DNA of 29,330 nucleotides from a virus (lineage: Duplodnaviria > Caudoviricetes): positions 1 through 29,330 of the IMG/VR virus record IMGVR_UViG_3300031450_000012. The stretch is one strand, 5' to 3'. The position numbers were made by a program, and so were the translations under genes. The number at the start of each line of letters is the position of its first letter. Position 1 is the first letter of the stretch. Below, one piece after another: positions 1-7,127 of the stretch. Under the pieces are notes generated by a model. The model did not search any database. It was not told the origin of the DNA and saw only the letters and a list, made by a program, of their open reading frames with translations.

Positions 1-183
1 CTACATCAGTGCGATTGCATAACCCGCACCTTGGCCATCAAGAGAAAACACAAAAACGGCGCAATGGCCGTTTAGGGAGAAGTCTGTTCTTTTTTTCTTG
101 ACTCGCTTTATAGATGGAATTGACCGGGCGCGCGCACAACTGCGGAGATGACTTGTTAGGCGCGGCGTGAAAGGAAAAAGACA

Positions 184-303
184 ATGCGAGAAAAGAAATG
201 TACGAAATGCAAAGCCACGCTGCTGGGTAACGAGAAGCGTGGACAGGTTTGTAATAACTGTATTGACGCTCGGATCAAAGAACGAAAACGCGAAAGCGCC
301 TAA
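184..303 (+). CDS. 39-aa CxxC...CxxC zinc-finger-like micro-protein (cassette A ORF)
   Basis: Manual translation MREKKCTKCKATLLGNEKRGQVCNNCIDARIKERKRESA*. AAAGGA RBS upstream; stop TAA lies inside the GCCTAAC inverse core. Not in the ORF track. Confidence 0.6.
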   Translation: MREKKCTKCKATLLGNEKRGQVCNNCIDARIKERKRESA

Positions 304-344
304 CGCGCTGTTCAGCCGACTCGTGGCTGAACAGCTAGTTCGAT
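298..344 (+). repeat. attC-like recombination site 1 (short, 47 bp)
   Basis: GCCTAAC-gcg-CTGTTCAGCC-gactcgt-GGCTGAACAG-cta-GTTCGAT. gcgcctaac is the reverse complement of gttaggcgc at 155-163. Confidence 0.6.
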
Positions 345-361
345 TGCGTGACGGAGAGAAT

Positions 362-877
362 ATGAGCAAGTTGATTTCACACAGAGTTCACTACACCAGC
401 CTTAAGCATTTAATCGAAGACCTTTTGCCGAGATGGTCACCGGACAAACCGCCCGACTTCTCCGGCGAAGACGGACGCAAGAAGTTGAAAGGCTTACTTC
501 AAAGATTTGGTGAGCAACTGCTTTGGAGTATCCAAATGGACTTGGAAAAGGGTGCCGCCAAAGGTATTCAAGAAACGCTTGCCCTCATTCAAGACCCTGA
601 CTACTACGAAACTATAAAACAGCGTCGAAAACGAGATAGAGCGCGTAGCGACGAATATCGAAAAGCTCAAGAATCTGAACAGCAACGCAAAGCGGCAGGC
701 ATACTGACTGAAGAGGAAAAGGAGAAGGCGTTACGCCAGCTTGATAGTGACGAAAAGTACCATCGCGCAATGATAGAACGCATCTTCGCTAGAAAATCAC
801 AGTTGGAAAGAGTGACACCTTCAACTTTAGATGAAGGTGAATGGCCTGATGAACTTTTCGGTGGAAGCGAATGGTAG
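362..877 (+). CDS. hypothetical coiled-coil protein, 171 aa (cassette B ORF)
   Basis: ATG 362 preceded by GGAG. Starts just after attC-like site 1 and stops just before site 2. Confidence 0.75.
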   Translation: MSKLISHRVHYTSLKHLIEDLLPRWSPDKPPDFSGEDGRKKLKGLLQRFGEQLLWSIQMDLEKGAAKGIQETLALIQDPDYYETIKQRRKRDRARSDEYRKAQESEQQRKAAGILTEEEKEKALRQLDSDEKYHRAMIERIFARKSQLERVTPSTLDEGEWPDELFGGSEW

Positions 878-879
878 CA

Positions 880-924
880 ACCGAACAGGCGCTGGATCGG
901 ACGCGCATCCAGCGCCTGTTAGAT
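880..924 (+). repeat. attC-like site 2 (45 bp; 14-bp perfect inverted repeat)
   Basis: ACCGAAC...AACAGGCGCTGGAT/ATCCAGCGCCTGTT...GTTAGAT. gcaaccgaac (877-886) is a 9/10 match to the reverse complement of gttcgattgc (338-347). Confidence 0.55.
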
Positions 925-942
925 TGCGTTTTCAGATTTTAT

Positions 943-1063
943 GCGGGGCGTAGCTCAGTCTGGACAGAGCACCGAACGGTCTTGCACACGCTGCTGAAAT
1001 AATGTTGACGTGTAGGAGGTAGCCGTCGTCGGAGGTCGTGAGTTCAAATCTCACCGCCCTGCA
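943..1063 (+). ncRNA. tRNA-like RNA with a greatly extended anticodon arm (no readable anticodon)
   Basis: Acceptor CGGGGCG(944-950)/CGCCCTG(1055-1061), TA, D arm GCTC-AGTCTGGACA-GAGC, variable AGGTC, T arm GTGAG-TTCAAAT-CTCAC. 61 nt (972-1032) replace the 17-nt anticodon arm. No encoded CCA. Confidence 0.75.
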
Positions 1064-1100
1064 TTACATAAAGCAATCGAACGATTCAGATGAAAATATC

Positions 1101-1129
1101 TTGCCACTAAATGCAACATAAGCTAGTCT
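1101..1129 (+). promoter_or_regulatory. sigma70-like promoter for the csbD/lysis unit
   Basis: TTGCCA-17 bp-TAGTCT, followed 6 nt later by AACATC (same spacing as the promoter at 12221-12229). Confidence 0.5.
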
Positions 1130-1143
1130 GAAATCAACATCAC

Positions 1144-1226
1144 GCCCTGCAAAAGGGCTTATACTTTTCGAGGCTCGAAAGAAGTCCGTCCATCTCTGCA
1201 AAGGGATTGACGGGCTTTCTGTTTTT
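1144..1226 (+). promoter_or_regulatory. conserved late-leader RNA element, copy 1 (small hairpin + GAGGCTC/GAAGTCC + terminator)
   Basis: GCCC-TGCAAAA-GGGC; GAGGCTC 1170-1176; GAAGTCCGTC...GACGGGCTTT stem followed by a T-rich tract. Confidence 0.75.
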
Positions 1227-1304
1227 CATGCCGAAGCGCTCGGCATGAGCAAGAGCAAATCATCAACAGATGCGCTGCGAGGCGCGAAAGCGAGGATTGA
1301 ATTT

Positions 1305-1523
1305 ATGACACCGAATGACGATCAGGTTGAAGGCAGAGTTGAGCAGGCAACCGGCGGAGCGAAGGAGCAGGCCGGGCGCGACCTCGGCAACGACAGATTG
1401 GAAACCGAAGGACAGATCGAGCGCGCCGAAGGTCAGGTAACGGAAGGTCTCGGCGATGCGAAAGCAGATGTCGCGGACGCCGTCGATCACGCGAAACGCA
1501 CGCGCTCGACCGCTAACTTTTAA
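1305..1523 (+). CDS. csbD: CsbD-family general stress protein
   Basis: DQVEGRVEQATGGAKEQAGRDLGNDRLETEGQIERAEGQVTEGLGDAK pattern; GAGG RBS before ATG 1305. Confidence 0.8.
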   Translation: MTPNDDQVEGRVEQATGGAKEQAGRDLGNDRLETEGQIERAEGQVTEGLGDAKADVADAVDHAKRTRSTANF

Positions 1524-1529
1524 CAATAC

Positions 1530-1613
1530 GCCCCGCACGAGGGCATTCCATTTTTCAGAGGTTCACCAGAAGCCCATTGATTCCCACAAAGGATCAATGG
1601 GCTTTCCCTTCTC
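1530..1613 (+). promoter_or_regulatory. conserved late-leader RNA element, copy 2
   Basis: GCCC-CGCACGA-GGGC; GAGGTTC 1558-1564; GAAGCCCATTGAT...ATCAATGGGCTTT stem; pyrimidine tract before the endolysin ATG. Confidence 0.7.
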
Positions 1614-1622
1614 TCACCGGCC

Positions 1623-2282
1623 ATGATGATAAGCAACCGCAAAAACGTTTTCGATGGTGTGCGCAGCAGGTTCGGCGCACTCTCGCAGCAGCAGGTTGAG
1701 GGTCTTAATAATCTGCTCGATCAGATCAATGCCGATCCCGCGTGGAACGAAATGCCGCGCACCGTCGCCATCCGCCAAATTTCTTACGCGCTGGCGACAG
1801 TCAAGCATGAGACCGCGCATACATTTCAGCCGATTGATGAACGGGGCAACGATGGTTATTTCGAGCGGCGTTATGGCTATTTGACAAGCATCGGACGGCG
1901 GCTCGGCAACGATGCGCCGGGCGAGGGCGCAAAGTTTCACGGCAGAGGCGATGTGCAATTGACCGGCGAAGATAACTACGAACACGCGGAGAATGAGTTG
2001 ATAAGGCTTTATCAGACAGTGATCGCAGCTTTCGAGTTACGCACTGGTCAGCAGTTTGACCTGACGGGAACTCCCGAACAGGCAAAAGACCCGGCCATCG
2101 CTTATTGCATTATGAGCGCGGGGATGCGTCTCGGTTGGTTCACAGGTCGCAAGCTGGCGGATTTCATTAACGAGAGCCGCTACGATCCCGTTCGCGCGCG
2201 ACAGATTATCAACAGCCTTGATTGCGCGGACGTGATCGCAGGCTACGCGCGAATCTTTGAAAGCCTTTTGCAAGGCTCTTAA
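1623..2282 (+). CDS. endolysin, glycoside hydrolase family 19 (chitinase/lysozyme-like)
   Basis: YALATVKHETAHTFQPIDE and FHGRGDVQLTGEDNY motifs, ARQIIN near the C-terminus; first gene of the lysis cluster. Confidence 0.85.
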   Translation: MMISNRKNVFDGVRSRFGALSQQQVEGLNNLLDQINADPAWNEMPRTVAIRQISYALATVKHETAHTFQPIDERGNDGYFERRYGYLTSIGRRLGNDAPGEGAKFHGRGDVQLTGEDNYEHAENELIRLYQTVIAAFELRTGQQFDLTGTPEQAKDPAIAYCIMSAGMRLGWFTGRKLADFINESRYDPVRARQIINSLDCADVIAGYARIFESLLQGS

Positions 2283-2305
2283 ACAGAATTTTGGAGGTAA
2301 AGGAA

Positions 2306-2494
2306 ATGGAAGTCAGTTCGCACGGTTGGAAAACTTATCTCGCGGCGGTGGCGGCAATCACAGCCGGAGCCGTTGCGCTCGCTAATGGCGATGTGGCTCA
2401 CGGACTTCAAGGCATTGTCGGCGGAGTCGGACTGATCGGGATTCGCGGCGGTATCGCGAAGATCATTCAGGTTATTCAGGCCGTTCAGCGGTAA
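2306..2494 (+). CDS. small 2-TM holin-like protein
   Basis: GWKTY followed by two hydrophobic segments; AAGGA RBS; directly after the endolysin. Confidence 0.6.
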   Translation: MEVSSHGWKTYLAAVAAITAGAVALANGDVAHGLQGIVGGVGLIGIRGGIAKIIQVIQAVQR

Positions 2495-2508
2495 AAAGGA
2501 AATCTCAA

Positions 2509-2829
2509 GTGTTGCGCCAAATTGCACTCTGGCTTCTGCGAACGCTCGAAGGAAGTCTCGATACCGATCTAAAACAGCGACTAAACGAGTATCGCACGAA
2601 ACGTCAGAACCTCGATGCGGACATTAAACATGCACGCGAAGTAGTGGACGGGCTGGAGAAGCAATTGGCGCAGCTTCAATCGCAACGCGCAGCGGTTCAA
2701 AATCAACTTGCGGATGCCGAGCGCGAAAGCAGCCGCACCGAACAGGAATTGGAAGGAGTTTTGCATGAGAATGAGAAGTCTAACCTCGATGGTTCTTCTG
2801 ACCATGATGTGCTTCGTGGGAGTCTTTAG
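2509..2829 (+). CDS. coiled-coil protein, possible spanin-like lysis accessory
   Basis: Heptad-rich sequence, amphipathic N-terminus, lysis-cluster position. Confidence 0.45.
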   Translation: MLRQIALWLLRTLEGSLDTDLKQRLNEYRTKRQNLDADIKHAREVVDGLEKQLAQLQSQRAAVQNQLADAERESSRTEQELEGVLHENEKSNLDGSSDHDVLRGSL

Positions 2830-3280
2830 CACTCAGGCCGCAAGCGCACAATCCGTCAACACACAATCCATCAGCATCAAAGAGAAGCTGCCCGGCGGCG
2901 AATATATCGTGGCGATTGACGGCGTCGAGCAGCGCACCCTCACCGCCGATCACGCGCGCCGGATTGCCGAGCGTGACGCCGCATTGGATAAATTGCAGCG
3001 CGCGCAGCCGCTTTACGAACTGGATATTTCACAACTGAAACACAGTTTGGAATTGGCGAAGCGAGACACGGCGCTCGCGGATACGCAGGCGCGGCTCGAA
3101 CACGAGCGCGCCGGGCGATTCAATTCGATGTTCGACGGTGAACACAACTTGCGACTTCAGGCCGAACAACTCAATCGACATGGGCCGGTCAGCAAATTCT
3201 TCGAGACCCCATACGCACAAATCGGGTTCAAGGCCGTCTTGCCCGTCCTTCAAACATGGCTCACGGCGCGCAGAGAATAA
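2765..3280 (+). CDS. signal-peptide coiled-coil protein, possible spanin-like
   Basis: MRMRSLTSMVLLTMMCFVGVFSTQAASA signal-like N-terminus; GGAG RBS; overlaps the upstream ORF by 65 nt. Confidence 0.5.
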   Translation: MRMRSLTSMVLLTMMCFVGVFSTQAASAQSVNTQSISIKEKLPGGEYIVAIDGVEQRTLTADHARRIAERDAALDKLQRAQPLYELDISQLKHSLELAKRDTALADTQARLEHERAGRFNSMFDGEHNLRLQAEQLNRHGPVSKFFETPYAQIGFKAVLPVLQTWLTARRE

Positions 3281-3307
3281 TTCAAGTTTCGGTGGAGACC
3301 TTCAAAG

Positions 3308-3691
3308 TTGAAAAACAATCAAATTCGCATTCTGATTGTTGACGATCAGGAAGAAGTGGCAGAGATGTTCGAGCTGTTTTTGCGGCACGCGGGCTATCAA
3401 ACAGCGATTGCCTTCTCTGCCACTTCTGCCATTGAGCTTGCCAAAAGGGACACTTTCGATCTCGTAATCTCTGATATTGCGATGCCGGAGATGAACGGTT
3501 ATGAACTGGTCGAGGCACTGCGGGTACTGCCCTCTTACAAGTCGATTCCGATGATCGCCGTAACCGGCTTTTCGATGCGCGACGACCGTGAACGCTCCCG
3601 TCGAGCAGGGTTCGACGTTCATCTGACAAAGCCCGTCAATCCAAACACTTTGCTCACATATATCAAGCGTCTTTGTCACGAACCAAAATGA
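3308..3691 (+). CDS. single-domain response regulator (CheY-like receiver)
   Basis: RILIVDD, DLVISDIAMPEMNGYEL, IAVTG, HLTKP motifs. Confidence 0.9.
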   Translation: MKNNQIRILIVDDQEEVAEMFELFLRHAGYQTAIAFSATSAIELAKRDTFDLVISDIAMPEMNGYELVEALRVLPSYKSIPMIAVTGFSMRDDRERSRRAGFDVHLTKPVNPNTLLTYIKRLCHEPK

Positions 3692-3939
3692 AATCGCTTC
3701 ACATCATCGGCTGGAAAACTTATTCAGTAGCTGTCATTTCTATTCTTTGCGGCTGGGCAGCCCTGACACACCATTCTTGGAGCGACGGGATCAAAGGGAT
3801 CATCTTCGGGCTGGCGTTGATTGCTGTGCGCGATTCGATAGGAAAGATTTTAGCGGCGGCGGACGGCAATAGGAAAGCACTGAACAACGTTCGCGCTGGC
3901 ATAGAGGTTTTAATTTCCAAACAGTCAGAGCGGAGATAG
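3688..3939 (+). CDS. second holin-like membrane protein (paralog of 2306-2494)
   Basis: GWKTY...GIKGIIFGLALIAVRDSIGKI aligns with GWKTY...GLQGIVGGVGLIGIRGGIAKI; ATGA overlap with the receiver gene. Confidence 0.6.
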   Translation: MKSLHIIGWKTYSVAVISILCGWAALTHHSWSDGIKGIIFGLALIAVRDSIGKILAAADGNRKALNNVRAGIEVLISKQSERR

Positions 3940-3943
3940 AACA

Positions 3944-4324
3944 ATGTTCTTAATACTGATTCTTCAAAACGATCTCATGCCGTGGAAAGAGTTGATTCAA
4001 TTCGGCCCGACAGTGGTGCTGCTGGCATTGATTCTATGCACAATAATTCAGCTCGCTCCCGTGTGGAAGGAAGTCAAGATTAAAGAGCTGGAGATGCACA
4101 GCGAAGACAATGTTGTTAAGGGCGAACAGGCAAATGCCCTCGGCCAGCTTGCCAACGCGCTCAAGGAAATCGCCGTCGAGCAGCGCCGCGCGACTGAAGA
4201 AGTCGGCATTCTCCAGCGCATGAATAATGACAACGCAGATCAATTGAGCAACAACGTCAGAGGCTTGACGCAGCGTGTGGACTCGCTGGAAAAGAATAAA
4301 GACCTCGTAACCCTTGCACGATAA
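3944..4324 (+). CDS. TM + coiled-coil protein (Mu gp25-like position)
   Basis: N-terminal hydrophobic helix, then coiled coil; synteny before gp26/gp27-like genes. Confidence 0.5.
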   Translation: MFLILILQNDLMPWKELIQFGPTVVLLALILCTIIQLAPVWKEVKIKELEMHSEDNVVKGEQANALGQLANALKEIAVEQRRATEEVGILQRMNNDNADQLSNNVRGLTQRVDSLEKNKDLVTLAR

Positions 4325-4342
4325 AAACAGGTAACAAAGGCG

Positions 4343-4723
4343 ATGCTGAACATTAACCGGGAACAGGAACGCGACCGTATCGAGCGGCTTCGCGGATGGA
4401 TTATTTACATTCTTTACAAAGCGCGCCCGCAGCATTTGGAACTCGATGCGCTGATGCGCCTGCTCGACAAGCGAAATTTTCCGGTGTCACGTCGTCGTCT
4501 CTCGGAAGAGATTGATTACTTGCGCTCGCTCAAATTCTTGAAGGTGTCGATGGGAAGCGCGCAACCGGAATCCGATGAGGCGCAGCAGTCGAGAATGGTT
4601 CAACGCTATGCCGATTCGGATCACGAAGATGTCAACGCAATTTGCGCTTCCTTGACGGCGACGGGCATTAACTTTCAGGAAGCCTGGGATCAAGAGCAGG
4701 CGGGCATTGCGCGGGTCAACTAA
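4343..4723 (+). CDS. Mu gp26-like winged-helix protein
   Basis: R-x-x-I-L...VSRRRLSEEIDYL...LTATG pattern; synteny. Confidence 0.55.
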   Translation: MLNINREQERDRIERLRGWIIYILYKARPQHLELDALMRLLDKRNFPVSRRRLSEEIDYLRSLKFLKVSMGSAQPESDEAQQSRMVQRYADSDHEDVNAICASLTATGINFQEAWDQEQAGIARVN

Positions 4724-4725
4724 TC

Positions 4726-5304
4726 ATGCCCAGAAGACACGCAGTTGCAGCGCTTCCTGCAGAGCAGTTCGAGTTCGTTATTCAATCGATACTCGATAAT
4801 AAAAACGACCGGGAAATCTCTGCGGCTTTCAAAGAAACCTTCAAAACGCGGCTGGCGAAAAGTTCCTTGAACCGCTGGCGCGAAAAAACAGGCAATGAAT
4901 TGGCCGAGCGTTATCAGCTTGCCCGCTTTCAATCCAGACAGTTGCTCACGGACTTGAAAGAAGAAGATGCGGATAAATTTCAAGTCGTGATGGGCAATAT
5001 CGAAGATCGCTTGCTGACGGCCACGCGCGAAGTCATTACCCAAAACCCTGTCAAACTTCTGCAAATCCGGCAGGAAGAAGAACGACGACGCTTGAAAGTT
5101 CGGGAGATTGAACTGAAACGCGAGCACCTCGACCTTGAACGCGAGAAATTGCGCGGGAGCCGCATTGACCGCGTCGCGCTCAGCGGCGAGTTCAACAAAG
5201 ACCTGCTCGAATATATCGGCGCGGACGAAGAAGGCTTGCGCTGGTTCAAGCGCAACGCGAAGAAGTTCACGGATTTTCTAAAAGAGAAATATGCGGCAGC
5301 GTAA
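4726..5304 (+). CDS. DUF3486 / Mu gp27-like small terminase candidate
   Basis: MPRRHAVAALP...LAKSSLNRW N-terminus; immediately upstream of the large terminase. Confidence 0.65.
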   Translation: MPRRHAVAALPAEQFEFVIQSILDNKNDREISAAFKETFKTRLAKSSLNRWREKTGNELAERYQLARFQSRQLLTDLKEEDADKFQVVMGNIEDRLLTATREVITQNPVKLLQIRQEEERRRLKVREIELKREHLDLEREKLRGSRIDRVALSGEFNKDLLEYIGADEEGLRWFKRNAKKFTDFLKEKYAAA

Positions 5305-7123
5305 ACCAAACACCGCTTCCACGTCGGTTGATGAACTGCTTGCGCAGGCCGACGAACAGGCGCGCGAAGCAGGCGTCGATATTGAGCCGGAAGAATATAC
5401 GCTCGATTGGTATCGCCGCGAGTGGCCTGCACGCAAACAAATCTTTCTCGAACGTGAAATCAAAATCCGCGACGCGTTTGATCGCAATAAACTCAAAGAT
5501 TTTATTCTCAACGATTCGCAAGTCGAACTGCTCGAATCGAGCCTCGAAGCGAGCGCGGATAGCAGCCTCGAAGATTGCACGCTGAAATGTCGTCGTCTCG
5601 GAATCTCCACTTACTATTCCGCTGATTATTTGTCGGACGCAATTATGGAGAGCGGGCATCACGTCCGCATCGTCGCGCAAGACCCTGACACGCTGCGAGC
5701 GTTGTTCAAAGCGCTCAAAGAAATGCACGACAATCTACGGCCTGAGATTCGCCCGGCGGCAAAATATAGCTCGAAGCTGGAGCTTGAATTTAACGATCCC
5801 GAAAAGGGCGTCGTCGGCTCGCGCCTGAGCGTTTCGGCAGTTGTGCCGGGACAGGAAGAAAAAGGGCGCGGCGACACAATCACACGGTTGCATTTGACTG
5901 AAGTTCCGTTTTGGCGCGGCGATGCGGAAACGGCGGCGACGGCGCTAATCGACGCGGCAAAGGGCGGCAAGATCAGCACGGAATCGACGGCGAAGGGCGT
6001 CGGCGATTGGTTCCACAGGCGGTATACGCAGGGCAAGCGGCACGAAGGCGGAATGCGCTCGCACTTTTTCGAGTGGTGGTGGAATCGTAATTATCAAATC
6101 AAAAATGCGCGTTTTGTTGTTGCAGATGTGGGCGAATGGTATTTGCTGACGGCGACGCAAGACCTTGCATGGCTGGATACGGAAGAACGTGCGAAAGCTC
6201 GCGTCACGAATTACACACAAGCCGAACGCGAGAAAGAGAATCTGCCGATTCAATCCGAGCGCGATTGTGCGGAAGCGGTGCTGCTCCATCTCAAACGCAA
6301 AGGTTACGTCACGGCTGATGCGCAGTGGTATTGCTTAGAGGTTGCCGCATTCCTCGCTTGGCGTCGTGCTGAGATTGCCAAGAAAGGCGTGCGCAAGTTT
6401 CGCGTCGAGTATCCCGAAAACGACACAGACCCGTTTGCGCAGACCGGCGGTACAGTCTTCGATCAAAGCTACTTGAGCGTAAAAGCTACGCCGCGCGCTG
6501 CCGAGGTGGGGCATCAGTATGTCGTCGCGCTCGATCCGTCAATGGGCATTGAGGGCGCTGACCCGGCGGCGTTGACAGTCCACGATATGTTCACGGGAGA
6601 GCAATCATATAGTTGGAGCGGCTACATCAAGCAGGATGCGCAGGGTGGACGGTGCTGTGAATTGTCCGATGCGTACAACGGCGCGGTGATTGGCATTGAG
6701 GCAAACATGGGAGAGGCGGCGATCCTCGAAGTCGAGCGGCTCGGTTACGGCCATCGTCTGTACAAACATCTTGACGTGCAAACGCAGCGCGACGTTGACG
6801 AAGGTAAGATTTCAATGTCGAGAGCGTTGGAAAACGCCCGTCCCGGCATTCAAATGACGGATCGTTTGAAGCGTCTGTCGGTTGGATTGTTTGAGAAGGC
6901 ATGGCGCGAGGGTGATTTCAAAGCCTGCTCTGAAGTGTTGGTGGAAGAAGCAAAAGTCTTCGTCCAAACCGGCGACAAGATGGGCGCGAAAAGCGGCTAT
7001 CACGATGACGAGATTATGGCAAATGTCATTGCATGGTTCGTCGTCATCACAAATTATGTTGCTAAAGTTGACTTCAAATCCAGCGGCGTGAAGATGGGCA
7101 GCGCTCGCTTGGGAGCTTTCTAA
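5291..7123 (+). CDS. terL: terminase large subunit
   Basis: LKCRRLGIST Walker A variant, LHLTEVPFW Walker B, ESTAKG, FRVEYP, ALDPSMG and HDDEIMA nuclease motifs. Confidence 0.9.
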   Translation: MRQRKPNTASTSVDELLAQADEQAREAGVDIEPEEYTLDWYRREWPARKQIFLEREIKIRDAFDRNKLKDFILNDSQVELLESSLEASADSSLEDCTLKCRRLGISTYYSADYLSDAIMESGHHVRIVAQDPDTLRALFKALKEMHDNLRPEIRPAAKYSSKLELEFNDPEKGVVGSRLSVSAVVPGQEEKGRGDTITRLHLTEVPFWRGDAETAATALIDAAKGGKISTESTAKGVGDWFHRRYTQGKRHEGGMRSHFFEWWWNRNYQIKNARFVVADVGEWYLLTATQDLAWLDTEERAKARVTNYTQAEREKENLPIQSERDCAEAVLLHLKRKGYVTADAQWYCLEVAAFLAWRRAEIAKKGVRKFRVEYPENDTDPFAQTGGTVFDQSYLSVKATPRAAEVGHQYVVALDPSMGIEGADPAALTVHDMFTGEQSYSWSGYIKQDAQGGRCCELSDAYNGAVIGIEANMGEAAILEVERLGYGHRLYKHLDVQTQRDVDEGKISMSRALENARPGIQMTDRLKRLSVGLFEKAWREGDFKACSEVLVEEAKVFVQTGDKMGAKSGYHDDEIMANVIAWFVVITNYVAKVDFKSSGVKMGSARLGAF

Positions 7124-7127
7124 ATTC

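Noticed and set aside
54-73. Hairpin AAACGGC/GCCGTTT
   Set aside because: Short stem without an adjacent U tract, and the upstream context is missing; function cannot be supported.
167-361. N-terminal 65 codons of the 167..877 ORF call
   Set aside because: They run across the attC-like site and overlap a better 39-aa ORF; ATG 362 has its own RBS.
943-1063. Ordinary tRNA gene or tRNA integration site (attL/attR)
   Set aside because: There is no 7-nt anticodon loop and I saw no duplicated 3' tRNA fragment in the window; an amino-acid identity cannot be assigned.
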